64,000 bases of DNA from Scyliorhinus canicula (GCF_902713615.1 NC_052146.1:295004000-295067999); one strand, 5' to 3'. Counted from the stretch's first letter, positions 24,287 to 37,160 are shown. The notes: generated from the letters alone by a model not told the origin. Program-made: numbers and translations.

Positions 24287-24545
24287 GAAGATGGCGCCAG
24301 AGCAAGGCAACTCTCTGCAAGCTCTCCCTAACCAATCCACTTTTTACTTGTACTCGTTCTAATCTTTTAAAATTTAATTCTACGCCTAACATTATTACTA
24401 ACCTCTCTTAAATTGCATACCTTATGTTGCCCTATTATGTATTTAATTTTCTTCCCATGTACTTAATAATCTGTTGAGCTGCTCGCAGAATAATACTTTT
24501 CACTGTACCTCAGTACATGTGACAATAAACATATCCAGTCCAGTC
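24287..24545 (+). mobile_element. Short non-autonomous element with Rex1-type 3' tail
   Basis: Starts near AAGATGGCGCC and ends AATACTTTTCACTGTACCTCAGTACATGTGACAATAAAC, the tail of the Rex1-like fragments at ~53040 and ~60800. Confidence 0.6.
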
Positions 24546-26124
24546 CTTTACATGTAACACAACTAAAAATCCACTTTGTAGGTATACTTTTCCTTTAAGT
24601 AGGTGTTCAATTTTCCCAGATCAAGATGATTCATAGCTGCACAAGGAATCACAGAATTGTTATGATGCGAACGGTGGCTTTTCTATCCATTGTATTTGCT
24701 TTCTTTTCCCCAGCCTGATGGGAGCACCCACCCATATTCCTGCGCAGTGAGCCATAATAGACTTATGGGCCCAAATCTTGGCAGACTAGTTTCAGGGATA
24801 TTTTAGAAAGTTCTATCTGGTGGCGCATCCCTATATCGGGTGCCAGAGTGTGGCGACTATGGGATTTTCATTAACTTTATTGCAGTGTTAATGTAAACCT
24901 ACTTTAAGGGGCCTCACGGTAGCAAGGGGCCTCACGGTAGCATGGTGGTTAGCATCAATGCTTCACAGCTCTAGGGTCCCAGGTTCGATTCCCGGCTGGG
25001 TCACTGTGTGGAGTCTGCACGTCCTCCCCGTGTGTGCGTGGGTTTCCTCCGGGTGCTCCGGTTTCCTCCCACAGTCCAAAGATGTGCGGGTTAGGTGGAT
25101 TGGCCATGCTAAATTGCCCGTAGTGTAAGGTTAATGGGGGGATTGTTGGGTTACGTGGGTTTAAGTAGGGTGATCATTGCTCGGCACAACATCGAGGGCC
25201 GAAGGGCCTGTTCTGTGCTGTACTGTTCTATGTACTTGTGATACTAATAAAAGATTATCGGTGTGAGTCACATGGGCCTTGTATCTAGGTTGAAATGTTG
25301 GTTGACTATTTAGCTGCCAATTCTATATTATCTTGGAATTAAATGGACAGTTTAAAGCATATATTCTGACATTCTCAACACTTTCCTAGGACTTTGGAGC
25401 CTACCAGTCTAACCACTGTAATCACCGACACTGCCGTCATTTGACTCCTAAGTGTAAGCACTTTGTACGTTCCCAGCAAAACAATATTCTGAGCATTCCG
25501 TTAATCTTTAACGGCCCTCTCTCACTCCGGCCTCCTCTTGGGCAAATGTCAGAACCACTCACATGACCATCTTCATTTTTATTCTAAATTTAAAAAGAGT
25601 CCCAAAACACAATCTATTAAACTGAAATTGTGACACCTTCCACCGTGCAAGATTTCTTTATTTATTGTGGAGCTCCATTTGTGTGGTAGTTAAAATAAGG
25701 ATTATGTTCGCAGATTGGACCGAGAAAGCTGCTCACAAGGTGATTGCAAAGTGGTTTATTTTGTGTTTTCATGTGATAGCAGTCCAAACTAGAATGCACC
25801 AAAGTAAAAGCTTTTGAACACACATCGAGTTTGATTTTTACACCAGAATAATTTCAGCTTGTCCAACCCTGGAATCCGCATTAACGGTTTGATCCTTGAG
25901 CCTGGCTGAGTGGTAGCTGTCTAGCTTTTAGAAGCAAAGATGGCATTCAACCCCACTGCATGGTGTTAATATGTGATGAAAGCTGTCACTTTTAAAAAGT
26001 AGAGGATTGCTGCATCACTGCTAAACCTATACTTGCCCAGATGATCAAAAAAGAGACACGTTCCTGGAAAAGCAGTGTTCATGCATCCTAGACAACATTT
26101 ATCCCGACTGACCCTGCCAAGACC

Positions 26125-27592
26125 TTATTGATTGTGAGAGCTTGCTATGCATAAATTGACTGCCATTCGCTTTCTTTTAAAGATGACTACACTTGGCAAT
26201 TCATTAGCTGTTGAAGGTTTCTGGGACACTTTTTGAGGATTTGAAGGGCAAACCTTTTTGCAAAGCCTGTTTGAGAGAACTGATTCATGCTTGACAAATT
26301 TGGAATTATTTTGAGGATGTGGCCAGTAGGGCGGACAAGGGTGAACCAGTGGATGTTGTGTATTTGGTCTTTCAAACGGCTTTTGACAAGGTCCCACACG
26401 AGAGATTAGGGAGAAAAATTTAAGCTCATGGTATTGGGGGTAATGTATTGATGTGGATAGAGAACCGTTTGGCAGACAGGAAGCAGTGGGTAAAATGGGC
26501 CATTTGCAGAGAGGCAGGTGACTAGCTGTGACCCCAGCTGTTCACAATGATTTGGGCGAAGGAATTGCATGCAATATCTCCAAATTTGCAGACGACACTA
26601 AGCTGGGTGGCAGTGTGTGCTGTGAGGAGGTTGCAAAGAGGCTGCAGGGTGACTTGGACAGGCTGGCTAAGTGGGCAAATACTTGGCAAATGAAATATAA
26701 TGTGGGTAAATTTGAGGTCATCCACTTTGGTGGCAAAAACAGGCAGATTATTATTTGGTTACAGTTTAGAAAAAGGGGAAAAGCAACGAGACCGGGGTGT
26801 CATGGTGGAACAGTGGCTGAAGGTTGGCATGTAGGTATAGCAGGTGGTGAGGAAAGCTAATGGCATGGTGGCCTTCATAGCGAGAGGATTTGAGTAGAGT
26901 GGGGGATGTCTTGCTGCAGTTATACAGGGCCTTGGTGAGACCACACCTTGAGTATTGTATGCTGTTTTGGTCTAGTTTAAGGATGACATTCTTGCTATTG
27001 AGGGTATCCAGTGAAGGTTCACCAGACTAATTCCTGTGATGGCCTGTTCAGGTACACAGGGAGAATTCAGAATGCCCACATTACTTAACAGCAGGTCTTG
27101 TGGGAGGAAACCAGAGCACCCGGAGGAAACCCACGCAGACGGGGAGAACGTGCAGACTCCACACAGAGATTGATCCAATCTGAAATTGAACCTGGAACTG
27201 TGAAGCAACAGTGTTAACCACTGCTGGGCAGTCCTGATAGGACTGAACAAGCTAGATGCAGGAAGAATGTTCCCGATGTTGGGGACATACAGAAGTAGGG
27301 ATTACAGCCTGTTGGGGATGTCCAGAACTAGGGGTTACAGCCTAAGAATAAGGGCTAAACCATTCAGGACTGAGATGAGGAAGAACCTCTCTCAAGAGTT
27401 GTGACCCTATGGAATTCTCTATCCCAGAAAGCTGGGGCCAGTTGGTTGCATATATTCAAGAGGGAGTTGGATGTGGCCCTTGCAGCTAAAGGGATCAAGG
27501 GGTATGGAGAGAAAGCAAGAGTGGGATACTGAATTTGCAGGATCAGCCATGATCATATTGAATGGTGGTGCAATATGTTTTCTATGTTTCTA
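26125..27592 (+). mobile_element. Degenerate CR1 LINE 3' fragment (contains a SINE at ~27047-27226)
   Basis: ISKFADDTKLGG and AFDKVPH motifs; CR1 tail ending ttctatgtttcta. Confidence 0.85.
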
Positions 27593-27860
27593 TTTCCCAT
27601 CTGCCTGCTTAGGTGGATGTAAACATTCCCTGGCACTATTTTGAAGAGCAGGGGTGTTGACCCGTTGTCTTGCCAATATTAATGGCGCAGGTCGACATTA
27701 CAAAAATAAACATCTGCTCATTATAACGTTGCTGCTTGGAGTTTGTTGAGCATAATTGTGACTGCCGCATTTCCTACGTTACAGCGGTGACGACCCATCA
27801 AACGTACTTAATTGGCTGTAAAGTGTTTGGCAATGAGCAATAGTCATGAAAATGCCCATT
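27593..27860 (+). mobile_element. Deu-domain SINE relic (SacSINE1/AmnSINE1-like)
   Basis: GGTGGATGTAAA..GGCACTATTTTGAAGAGCAGGGG..GCCAATATT..TTTCCTAC..ATTGGCTGTAAAG resembles the recalled Deu-domain consensus; another copy at ~42070-42400. Confidence 0.65.
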
Positions 27861-28542
27861 CCTAACAATTTAGCGGCTCGGGCTACGTTCAAATCTCACG
27901 GCATAGAGCACCTGGTGAAGTAGCTCAGCTGTCTGAGATTGATTATTCATCATTGTGACAGTCTCGCTTCACTCACGGTGAGGGCATTAACCTGTTGAGA
28001 ATTGCTGCAGTATCTAGGCAGACGCTAGGGAAAACAATAGGAGACGTTCCAATTGTACTTTGACAAACAGAAAAAACAATTGGGCCCTGGCCCTGGTTCT
28101 TCCACGATTGGTTAACTTAACCACCACGGTTCACACATGAATGATTGTTACTAAGGTAAGCCACCTGCGAATCAGCCCAATTAAGGAATCACTAGAATGT
28201 GGTAATTGTTGCTTCAGTCCTTTTATTCCCCTTTTGCAAGCAATTGCCAGGTTTGTGGCTGTCACTGTCTGAACATGGTGATTAATCCACCTCCCTTCTA
28301 TGAAAAACATACGACATCGACTTGTTACTTTGCATTAAAACACGGTTGCATAAACATTTATTTTGAGAGATTGTAATTAAAATCAAGTTTGTGGGGGAAG
28401 TGCTCTGGTTTGATCAGCCAGGTCAAATTCCTTAACAATTACAACAGAATTTTGCTTAGCTAACAACTATCCAGACCTGGTTGCAAATGAGGGTCTTGGG
28501 GTAGACCCTTTTAATGTGTGCAAAGGACATGTTTACACACAT

Positions 28543-28772
28543 GGGGCAGCACGGTGGCACAGTGGTTAGCATTGCTGCCTACGCCGCTGAGGACCCGGGT
28601 TCGAATCCCGGCCCCGGGTCACTGTCCATGTGGAGTCTGCACATTCTCCACGTGTCTGCGTGGGTTTCACCCCCACAACCCAAAGATGTGCAGGATAGGT
28701 AGATTGGCCATTCTAAATTGCCCCTTAATTGGAAAAAATAATTGGGTACTCTAAATTTATTATTTTTTAAAA
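28543..28772 (+). mobile_element. V-SINE, A-tailed subfamily, 14-bp TSD
   Basis: TSD ATGTTTACACACAT at 28529-28542 and 28773-28786. Confidence 0.92.
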
Positions 28773-28838
28773 ATGTTTACACACATAATTTATCTGTCTG
28801 TTAGGTGCTCCTTATCTCAGATTTCCTACTAGTAAGGG

Positions 28839-28910
28839 AGCAGAGTTGCGCAGCGGAAGCGTCCTGGTTCCACAACCCAGAGGTGGATGGATCAAAACCA
28901 TTGTCTGCCA
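28839..28910 (+). pseudogene. tRNA-iMet-derived pseudogene (anticodon position reads CAC)
   Basis: 72 nt AGCAGAGTTGCGCAGCGGAAGCGTCCTGGTTCCACAACCCAGAGGTGGATGGATCAAAACCATTGTCTGCCA, colinear with vertebrate initiator tRNA-Met but with stem-breaking substitutions. Confidence 0.88.
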
Positions 28911-28913
28911 TTA

Positions 28914-29180
28914 GGGCAGCACAAGAGCACAGTGATTCGCACAGTTGCTTCCCAGTGCCAGGGACTGGGTTTGATTCCCGGCTCGGGTCACTGTCTGTGC
29001 GGAGTCTGCACGTTCCCCCCGTGCCTGTGTGGGTTTCCTCCGGGTGCTTTGGTTTCTTCCCACATGTCCCGAAAGATGTGCTTGTGAGGTGAATTGGACA
29101 TTCTGAATTCTCCCTCTGTGTACCCGAACAGTGTGGCAACTAGGGGATTTTCACAGTAACTTCACTGCAGTGTTAATGTA
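28914..29180 (+). mobile_element. Hybrid SINE: V-SINE head/body + tail shared with the second SINE family
   Basis: V-domain followed by CCGAACA..TGTGGC.ACTAGGGG.TTTTCACAGTAACTTCA; similar copy at ~56155-56410. Confidence 0.75.
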
Positions 29181-29372
29181 CCCCCACCATCCAAAAATGT
29201 TCAGGATAGGCAGATTGGTCATTTGCCCCTTAATTGGAAAAAATAATTGGGTACTCTAAATTTGTTTTTCCTGAAGTTTAATCACTCCAAACCTTAAAAA
29301 AAATTAACGAATTCCCTAAATAGCATAAAGATGTTTGTTCAAATATAAATCATTAAGAAAGTAAATGGTAGG

Positions 29373-29586
29373 GTGGCACAGTGGTTAGCATTGCTGCCTA
29401 CGGCGCTGAGGACCCGGGTTTGAATCCCGGCTCTGGGTCACTGTCCGTGTGGAGTTTGCACATTCTCCCCGTGTCTGCGTGGGTTTCACCCCCACCATCC
29501 AAAAATGTTCAGGTAGGCAGATTGGTCATGCTAAATTGCCCCTTAATTGGAAAAAATTATTGGGTACTCTAAATTTATTTTAAAAA
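29373..29586 (+). mobile_element. V-SINE, A-tailed subfamily, 18-bp TSD
   Basis: TSD AAGAAAGTAAATGGTAGG at 29355-29372 and 29587-29604. Confidence 0.92.
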
Positions 29587-30299
29587 AAGAAAGTAAATGG
29601 TAGGACTCCGGTGGCGGCTATGAGGGAGTAGGTCGCACATTTGGTGGCTCCCGTTTCGGTCGGACTTTTGGACCTTTTCCCCTGGCTTTTGAGCGCGGAA
29701 CTGGAAAGCAATAGTACTCAGGCACTGGACCCATACAGAATTGTATGGACCTACGAAGCCGGAGGGACCGTAAACAGCAGAAGAAGTGGTCGAGTAAGGG
29801 CACAGTGGAGGCTGTGAGAGAGACCAGCATGGCTGGTGTTCAGAGCAAGGAGCCGACAGCCCAGCCCACAATGGAGCAGCTGCTGCAGACTATGCAGGAG
29901 GGCTTTTTGGCTTTGAAGCGTGACAATTTGGAGCCGCTTCAGAAGTGGATTGATCAGATGGAAAAAAGGCTGGATGATCAGGCTGAGACGCTCCAGCAGT
30001 TGGAGAAGCCAGTGGAGGAGCAGGCTGACTTTCAAACGGTGGCGGATGTGGAGACTGAGGGACCAGCAAAAAGTGCTTTTGGAAAGGCTGGAGGACCTGG
30101 ACAACAGATCTCGTCGGCAGAACATGAGAACCGTGGGCCTCCCGGAGGGGGCAGAGGGGCTGGACGCTGCCGCATATGTGGAGGATATGTTTCAGAAGTT
30201 GCTGGGGAACGAGGTGTTCCCGTGCCCGCCGGTGGTGGACAGGGTACACAGAGTGCAGGTGAGGCAGCCGCGACAAGGGGGTCCCCCACGAGCGATGAT

Positions 30300-33202
30300 A
30301 GAACATAGACCATTACAGCGCAGTACAGGCCCTTCGGCCCTCAATGTTGCGCCGACCTGTGAAACCACTCTAAAGCTCATCTACACGATTCCCTTATCAT
30401 CCATATGTCTATCCAATGACCATTTGAATGCCCTTAGTGTTGACGAGTCCACTACTGTTGCAGGCAGGGCATTCCACGCCCTTACTACTCTCTGAGTAAA
30501 GAACCTACCTCTGACATCTGTTCTTTATCTATCTCCCCTCAATTTAAAGCTATGTCCCCGTGTGCTAGACATCACCATCCAAGGAAAAAGACTCTCACTG
30601 TCCACCCTATCTAATCCTCTGATCATCTTGTATGCCTCAATTAAGTCACCTCTTAACCTTCTTCTCTCTAACGAAAACAGCCTCAAGTCCTTCAGCCTTT
30701 CCTCATATGATCTTTCCTCCATACCAGGCAACATTCTTGTAAATCTCCTCTGTACCCTTTCCAATGCTTCCACATCCTTCCTATAATGTGGCGACCAGAA
30801 CTGCACACAATACTCCAAATGCGGCCGCACCAGAGTTTTGTACAGCTGCAACGTGACCTCATGGCTCCGAAACTCAATCCCTCTACCAATAAAAGCTTAC
30901 ACACCGTACGGTGTCTTAACAACCCTCTCAACTGTGTGGCAACTTTCAGGGATCTATGTACATGGACATCGAGATCTCTGCTCATCCACACTACCAAGAA
31001 TCTTACCATTAGCCCAGTACTCTGTCTTCCTGTTATTCCTTCCAAAATGAATCACCTCACACTTTTCCGCATTAAACTCCATTTGCCACCTCTCAGCCCA
31101 GCTCTGCAGCTTATATATGTCCCTCTGTAACTTGTAACATCCTTCCGCACTGTCCACAACTCCACCGACTTTAGTGTCATCTGCACATTTACTCACCCAT
31201 CCTTCTACACCCTCCTCCAGGTCATTTATAAAAATGACAAACAGCAGTGGCCCCAAAACAGATCCTTGTGGTACATCACTAGTAACTGGACTCCAGTCTG
31301 AACATTTCCCATCAACCACCACCCTTTGTCTTCTTCCAGCTAGCCAATTTCTGATCCAAACTGCTAAATCACCCTGAATCCCATGCCTCTGTATTTTCTG
31401 CAATAGCCTACCGTGGGGAACCTTATCAAACGCTTTACTGAAATCCATATACACCACATCAATTGCTTTACCCTCATCCACCTGTTTGGTCACCTTCTCA
31501 AAGAACTCAATAAGGTTTGTGAGGCACGACCTACCCTTCACAAAACCCTGTTGATTATCTCTAATCAAATTATTCCGTTCCAGATGATTATACATCCTAT
31601 CTCTTATAAACCTTTCCAAGACTTTGCCCACAACAGAAGTAAGGCTCACTGGTTTATAGTTACCGGGGTTGTCTCTACTCCCCTTCTTGAACAAGGGGAC
31701 AACATTTGCTATCCTCCAGTCCTCTGGCACTATTCCTGTCGACAAAGATGACTTAAAGATCAAAGCCAAAGGCTTAGCAATCTCCTCCCTAGCTTCTCAG
31801 AGAATCCTAGGATAAATCCCATCCGGCCCAGGGGACTTATCTATTTTCACTCTTTCCAGAATTGCTAACACCTCTGCCTTATGAACCTCAAGCCCTTCTA
31901 GTCTAGTAGCCTGTATCTCAGTATTCTCCTCGACAACATTGTCTTTTTCCTGTGTGAATACTGACAAAAAATATTCATTTAGCACCTCTCCTATCTCCTC
32001 GGACTCCACGCACAACTTCCCACTACTGTCTTTGACTGGCCCTACTCTTACCCTAGTCATTCTTTTATTCCTGACATATATATAGAAAGCGTTAGGGTTA
32101 TCCTTGATCCTACCTGCCAAAGACTTCTCATGTCCCCTCCTGGCTCTTCTTAGCTCTCTCTTTAGGTCCTTCCTAGCTAACTTGTAACTCTCGAGCGCCC
32201 TAACTGAACCTTCATGTCTCATCTTTACATAAAACTTCTTCTTCCTCTTGACAAGTGTTTCAACTACTTTAGTAAACCACGGTTCCCTCGCTCGACCACT
32301 TCCTCCCTGCCTGACAGGTACATACTTATCAAGGACACGCAGTAGCTGTTCCTTGAACATGCTCCACATTTCCATTGTGCCCATCCCCTGCAGTTTCCCT
32401 CCCCATCCGATGCATCCTAAGTCTTGCCTCATCGCATCATAATTGCCTTTCCCCCAGATATAACTCTTGCCCTGCGGTATATACCGATCCCTTTCCATCA
32501 CTAAAGTAAACGTAATCGAATTGTGGTCACTATCACCAAAGTGCTCACCTACCTCCAAATCTAACACCTGTCCTGGTTCATTAGCCAGTACCAAATCCAA
32601 TATGGCCTCGCCTCTCGTTGGTTTATCTACATACTGTGTCAGGAAACCCTCCTGCACACATTGGACAAAAACGGACCCATCTAAAGTAGTCGAACTATAG
32701 GGTTTCCAGTCAATATTTGGAAAGTTAAAGTCCCGCATAACAACTACCCTGTTACTTACGCTCCTATCCAGAATCATCTTTGCAATCCTTTCCTCTACAT
32801 CTCTGGAACTTTTCGGAGGCCTATAGAAAATCCCTAACAGGGTGACCTCTCCTTTCCTGTGATGGAACCATCAATTGAATTATCATATTACATTCACCAC
32901 ATCCTGTTTCTAACCTCAGCCCATACTACCTCAGTAGACAAGCCCTCATCAAACGTCCTTTCTGCCACCGTAATACTGTCCTTGACTAACAATGCCACCC
33001 TTCCCCCTCTTTTACCACCTTCCCTGAGCTTACTGAAATATCTAAACCCCAGCACCTGCAACAACCATTCCTGTCCCTGCTCTATCCATGGCTCCGAAAT
33101 GGCCACAACATCAAAGTCCCAGATACCAACCCATGCCGCAAGTTCACCCACCTTATTCCGGATGGTCCTGGCATTGAAGTCCCAGGTACCAACCCATGCT
33201 TT
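30300..33202 (-). mobile_element. 5'-truncated CR1 LINE (family A) inserted in L1 ORF1
   Basis: APE/RT pieces in ORFs 30525-33151; TSD GATGAT at 30294-30299 and 33203-33208; removing it restores L1 ORF1 ...PPRAMMVRFH. Confidence 0.95.
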
Positions 33203-34121
33203 GATGATGGTACGCTTTCACAGGTACCTGGACAAGGAACAGGTGCTGCAACGGGCAAAGAGCACACAAAGCTGTATTTGGGACAATACCACCCTGCGTG
33301 TGTGCCAAGATTTGAGCGTGGAGGTGGCCAGGAGGAGGGGAGGCTACAGGCAGGTGAAGGAGATACTGTATAAAAACAAGGTGAAATTCAGGCTGCTTTT
33401 TCCGGCGCGACTGTGGGTTACGTATAAGGGTCAGCAGCACTATTTCGAGGAACCCGAAGAGGCGATGGACTTCGTTAAGAAGCAAGGGCTGGCCCTGAGC
33501 TGAGGACGTTTGGACTCATGTCAGAGCTTTTAAGTATATGTGGTGTCTCTCTCGTTTCGGGATGTATCTTTTTTTTTTGTTTTTTGCGTGGTTTACCTGA
33601 ATGTTTCCTGTTTGGGCTTTTTGCTTAGTTGGAGTTTGGCTGGGGGGGAATTAATAAAGAAAACAGTTAAAAGGGTTGGGTTAAAATGGATGCTTCAGAG
33701 GAACTTTGTGCCATCTTTATCTGTGTCTGTATGGGAAGAACTGAAAAGTGCCTGTTATTTCTTATCTCTTTTTTTCTTGTTTAACTTGAATTGTGCTATT
33801 GTGGGGGTTATTTATGACTTGTATAGAGTGTTTGCTTAAGTAGGGCTGATCTGGGGAAGTGGTGTGGAGGGGTCGGGGGGGGGGGGGGCGGGGAGGGGTG
33901 ACTGGGAACAATGGGTGGGAGGTGGGCTGGTGCCGAGGCTGGGGGCCCCAGGCTAGCTGAGTGCAGCTAGTCAATGGGAGCCGAGGTGGGGGGTGTCCAG
34001 ATAGTTAGATTAGAGCAGGGGTCAGGTGATAAGAACATAAGAACTAGGAGCAGGAGTAGGCCATCTGGCCCCTCGAGTCTGCTCCGCCATTCAATTAGAT
34101 CATGGCTGATATTTTGTGGAC

Positions 34122-37100
34122 TCAGCTCCACTTTCCGGCCCGAACACCATAACCCTTAATCCCTTTATTCTTCAAAAAACTATCTATCTTTACCTTAAAA
34201 ACATGTAATGAAGGAGCCTCAACTGCTTCACTGGGCAAGGAATTCCATAGATTCACAACCCTTTGGGTGAAGAAGTTCCTCCTAAACTCAGTCCTAAATC
34301 TACTTCCCCTTATTTTGAGGCTATGTCCCCTAGTTCTGCTGTCACCCGCCAGTGGAAACAACCTGCCCGCATCTATCCTATCTATTCCCTTCATAATTTT
34401 AAATGTTTCTATAAGATTCCCCCTCATCCTTCTAAATTCCAACGAGTACAGTCCCAGTCTACTCAACCTCTCCTCATAATCCAACCCCTTCAGCTCTGGG
34501 ATTAACCTAGTGAATCTGCTCTGTACACCCTCCAGCGCCAGTACGTCCTTTCTCAAGTAAGGAGACCAAAACTGAACACAATACTCCAGGTGTGGCCGCA
34601 CTAACACCATATACAATTGCAACATAACCTCCCTAGTCTTAAACTCCATCCCTCTAGCAATGAAGGACAAAATTCCATTTGCCTTCTTAATCACCTGTTG
34701 CACTTGTAAACCAACCTTCTGTGACTCATGCACTAGCACACCCAAGTCTCTCTGAACAGCGGCATGCTTTAATATTTTATCGTTTAAATAATAATCCCAT
34801 TTGCTGTTATTCCTACCAAAATGGATAACCTCACATTTGTCAACATTGTATTCCATCTGCCAGACCCGAGCCCATTCACTTAACCTATCCAAATCCCTCT
34901 GCAGACTTCCAGTATCCTCTGCACTTTTCGCTTTACCACTCATCTTAGTGTCATCTGCAAACTTGAACACAATGCCCTTGGTCCCCAACTCCAAATCATC
35001 TATGTAAATTGTGAACAATTGTGGGCCCAACACGGATCCCTGAGGGACACCACTAGCTACTGATTGCCAACCAGAGAAACACCCATTTATCCCAACTCTT
35101 TGCTTTCTATTAATTAACCAATCCTCTATCCATGCTACTACTTTACCCTTAATGCCATGCATCTTTATCTTATGCAGCAACCTTTTGTGTGGCACCTTGT
35201 CAAAGGCTTTCTGGAAATCCAGATATACCACATCCATCGGCTCCCCGTTATCTACTGCATTGGTAATGTCCTCAAAAAATGCCACTAAATTAGTTAGGCA
35301 TGACCTGCCTTTTACAAACCCATGCTGCGTCTGCCCAATGGGACAATTTCTATCCAGATGCCTCGCAATTTCTTCCTTGATGATAGATTCCAGCATCTTC
35401 CCTACTACCGACGTTAAGCTCACTGGCCTATAATTTCCTGCTTTCTGCCTACCTCCTTTTTTAAACAGTGGCGTCACATTTGCTAATTTCCAATCCACCG
35501 GGACCACCCCAGAGTCTAGTGAATTTCGGTAAATTATCACTAGTGCATCTGCAATTTCCCTAGCCATCTCTTTTAGCACTCTGGGATGCATTCCATCAGG
35601 GCCAGGAGACTTGTCTACCTTTAGCCCCATTAGCTTGCCCATCACTCCCTCCTTAGTGATAACAATCCTCTCAAGGTCCTCACCTGTCATAGCCTCATTT
35701 CTATCAGTCGCTGGCATGTTATTTGTGTCTTCCACTGTGAAGACCGACACAAAAAACCTGTTCAGTTCCTCAGCCATTTCCTCATCTCCCATTATTAAAA
35801 CTCCCTTCTCATCCTCTAAAGGACCAATATTTACCTTAGCCACTCTTTTTTGTCTTATATATTTGTAAAAACTTTTACTGTCTGTTTTTATATTCTGAGC
35901 AAGTTTACTCTCATACTCTATCTTACTCTTCTTTATAGCTTTTTTAGTAGCTTTCTGTTGCCCCCTAAAGATTTCCCAGTCCTCTAATCTCCCAGCAATC
36001 TTTGCCACTTTATATGCTTTTTCCTTCAATTTGATACTCTCCCTTATTTCCTTAGATATCCACGGTCGATTTTTCCTCTTTCTTCCGTCCTTCCTTTTTG
36101 TAGGTATAAACCTTTGCTGAGCACTGTGAAAAATCGCTTGGAAGGTTCTCCACTGTTCCTCAACTGTTCCACCATAAAGTCTTAGCTCCCAGTCTACCTT
36201 AGCTAGTTCTTCTCTCATCCCCTTGTAATCTCCTTTGTTTAAACACAAAACACTAGTATTTGATTTTACTTTCTCACCCTCCATCTGTATTTTAAATTCC
36301 ACCATATTGTGATCGCTCCTTCCGAGAGGATCCCTAACTATGAGATCATGAATCAATCCTGTCTCATTACACAGGACAAGATCTAGGACCGCTTGTTCCC
36401 TCGTAGGTTCCATTACATACTGTTCTAGGAAACTATCGCGGATACATTCTATAAACTCCTCCTCAAGGTTGCCTTGACCGACCTGGTTAAACCAATCGAC
36501 ATGTAGATTAAAATCCCCCATGATAACTGCTGTACCATTTCTACATGCATCAGTTATTTCTTTGTTTATTGCCTGCCCCACCATATCGTTACTATTTGGT
36601 GGCCGATAGACTACTATCAATGACTTTTTCGCCTTACTATTCCTGATTTCCAACCAAATGGATTCAACCTTATCCTCCATAGCACCGATGTCATCCCTTA
36701 CTATTGCCCGGATGTCATCCTTAAATAACAGAGCAACACCACCTCCCTTACCATCCACTCTGTCCTTCCGAATAGTTTGATACCCTTGGATATTTAACTC
36801 CCAGTCGTGACCATCCTTTAACCATGTTTCAGTAATGGCCACTAAATCATAGTCATTTACGATGATTTGTGCCATCAACTCATTTACTTTATTCCGAATA
36901 CTACGAGCATTCAGGTAAAGTACACTTATGTTGGTTTTTTTACCTCTGTTTTGAATCTTCACATCTCCAGTTTTATTCCTTTTGTTATTACTGGGCCTAT
37001 TCACTGTGCTCCCCTCAGTCACTGTACCTTGTACTGTCGCCCTTTTAGATTTCTGACTATGTCTTCTCTGCCTTGCACTTTTCCCCTTACTTCCTTTTGC

Positions 37101-37160
37101 TTCTGTCCCTGTTTTACTACCTTCCAACTTCCTGCATCGGTTCCCATCCCCCTGCCACAT
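34122..37160 (-). CDS. CR1 ORF2: AP endonuclease + reverse transcriptase (1012 aa, open)
   Basis: YLNARS, ITETW, YRPP, GDFN, SDH; NYRPVSLTS, QHGF, AFDKV, PQGSVLGP, FADD. Confidence 0.95.
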   Translation of the reverse strand: MWQGDGNRCRKLEGSKTGTEAKGSKGKSARQRRHSQKSKRATVQGTVTEGSTVNRPSNNKRNKTGDVKIQNRGKKTNISVLYLNARSIRNKVNELMAQIIVNDYDLVAITETWLKDGHDWELNIQGYQTIRKDRVDGKGGGVALLFKDDIRAIVRDDIGAMEDKVESIWLEIRNSKAKKSLIVVYRPPNSNDMVGQAINKEITDACRNGTAVIMGDFNLHVDWFNQVGQGNLEEEFIECIRDSFLEQYVMEPTREQAVLDLVLCNETGLIHDLIVRDPLGRSDHNMVEFKIQMEGEKVKSNTSVLCLNKGDYKGMREELAKVDWELRLYGGTVEEQWRTFQAIFHSAQQRFIPTKRKDGRKRKNRPWISKEIRESIKLKEKAYKVAKIAGRLEDWEIFRGQQKATKKAIKKSKIEYESKLAQNIKTDSKSFYKYIRQKRVAKVNIGPLEDEKGVLIMGDEEMAEELNRFFVSVFTVEDTNNMPATDRNEAMTGEDLERIVITKEGVMGKLMGLKVDKSPGPDGMHPRVLKEMAREIADALVIIYRNSLDSGVVPVDWKLANVTPLFKKGGRQKAGNYRPVSLTSVVGKMLESIIKEEIARHLDRNCPIGQTQHGFVKGRSCLTNLVAFFEDITNAVDNGEPMDVVYLDFQKAFDKVPHKRLLHKIKMHGIKGKVVAWIEDWLINRKQRVGINGCFSGWQSVASGVPQGSVLGPQLFTIYIDDLELGTKGIVFKFADDTKMSGKAKSAEDTGSLQRDLDRLSEWARVWQMEYNVDKCEVIHFGRNNSKWDYYLNDKILKHAAVQRDLGVLVHESQKVGLQVQQVIKKANGILSFIARGMEFKTREVMLQLYMVLVRPHLEYCVQFWSPYLRKDVLALEGVQSRFTRLIPELKGLDYEERLSRLGLYSLEFRRMRGNLIETFKIMKGIDRIDAGRLFPLAGDSRTRGHSLKIRGSRFRTEFRRNFFTQRVVNLWNSLPSEAVEAPSLHVFKVKIDSFLKNKGIKGYGVRAGKWS

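Noticed and set aside
28801-29139. Many 60-120 aa ORFs such as GSLSVWSLHILP and [10 protein letters not shown]
   Set aside because: Recurring translations of V-SINE sequence, not genes.
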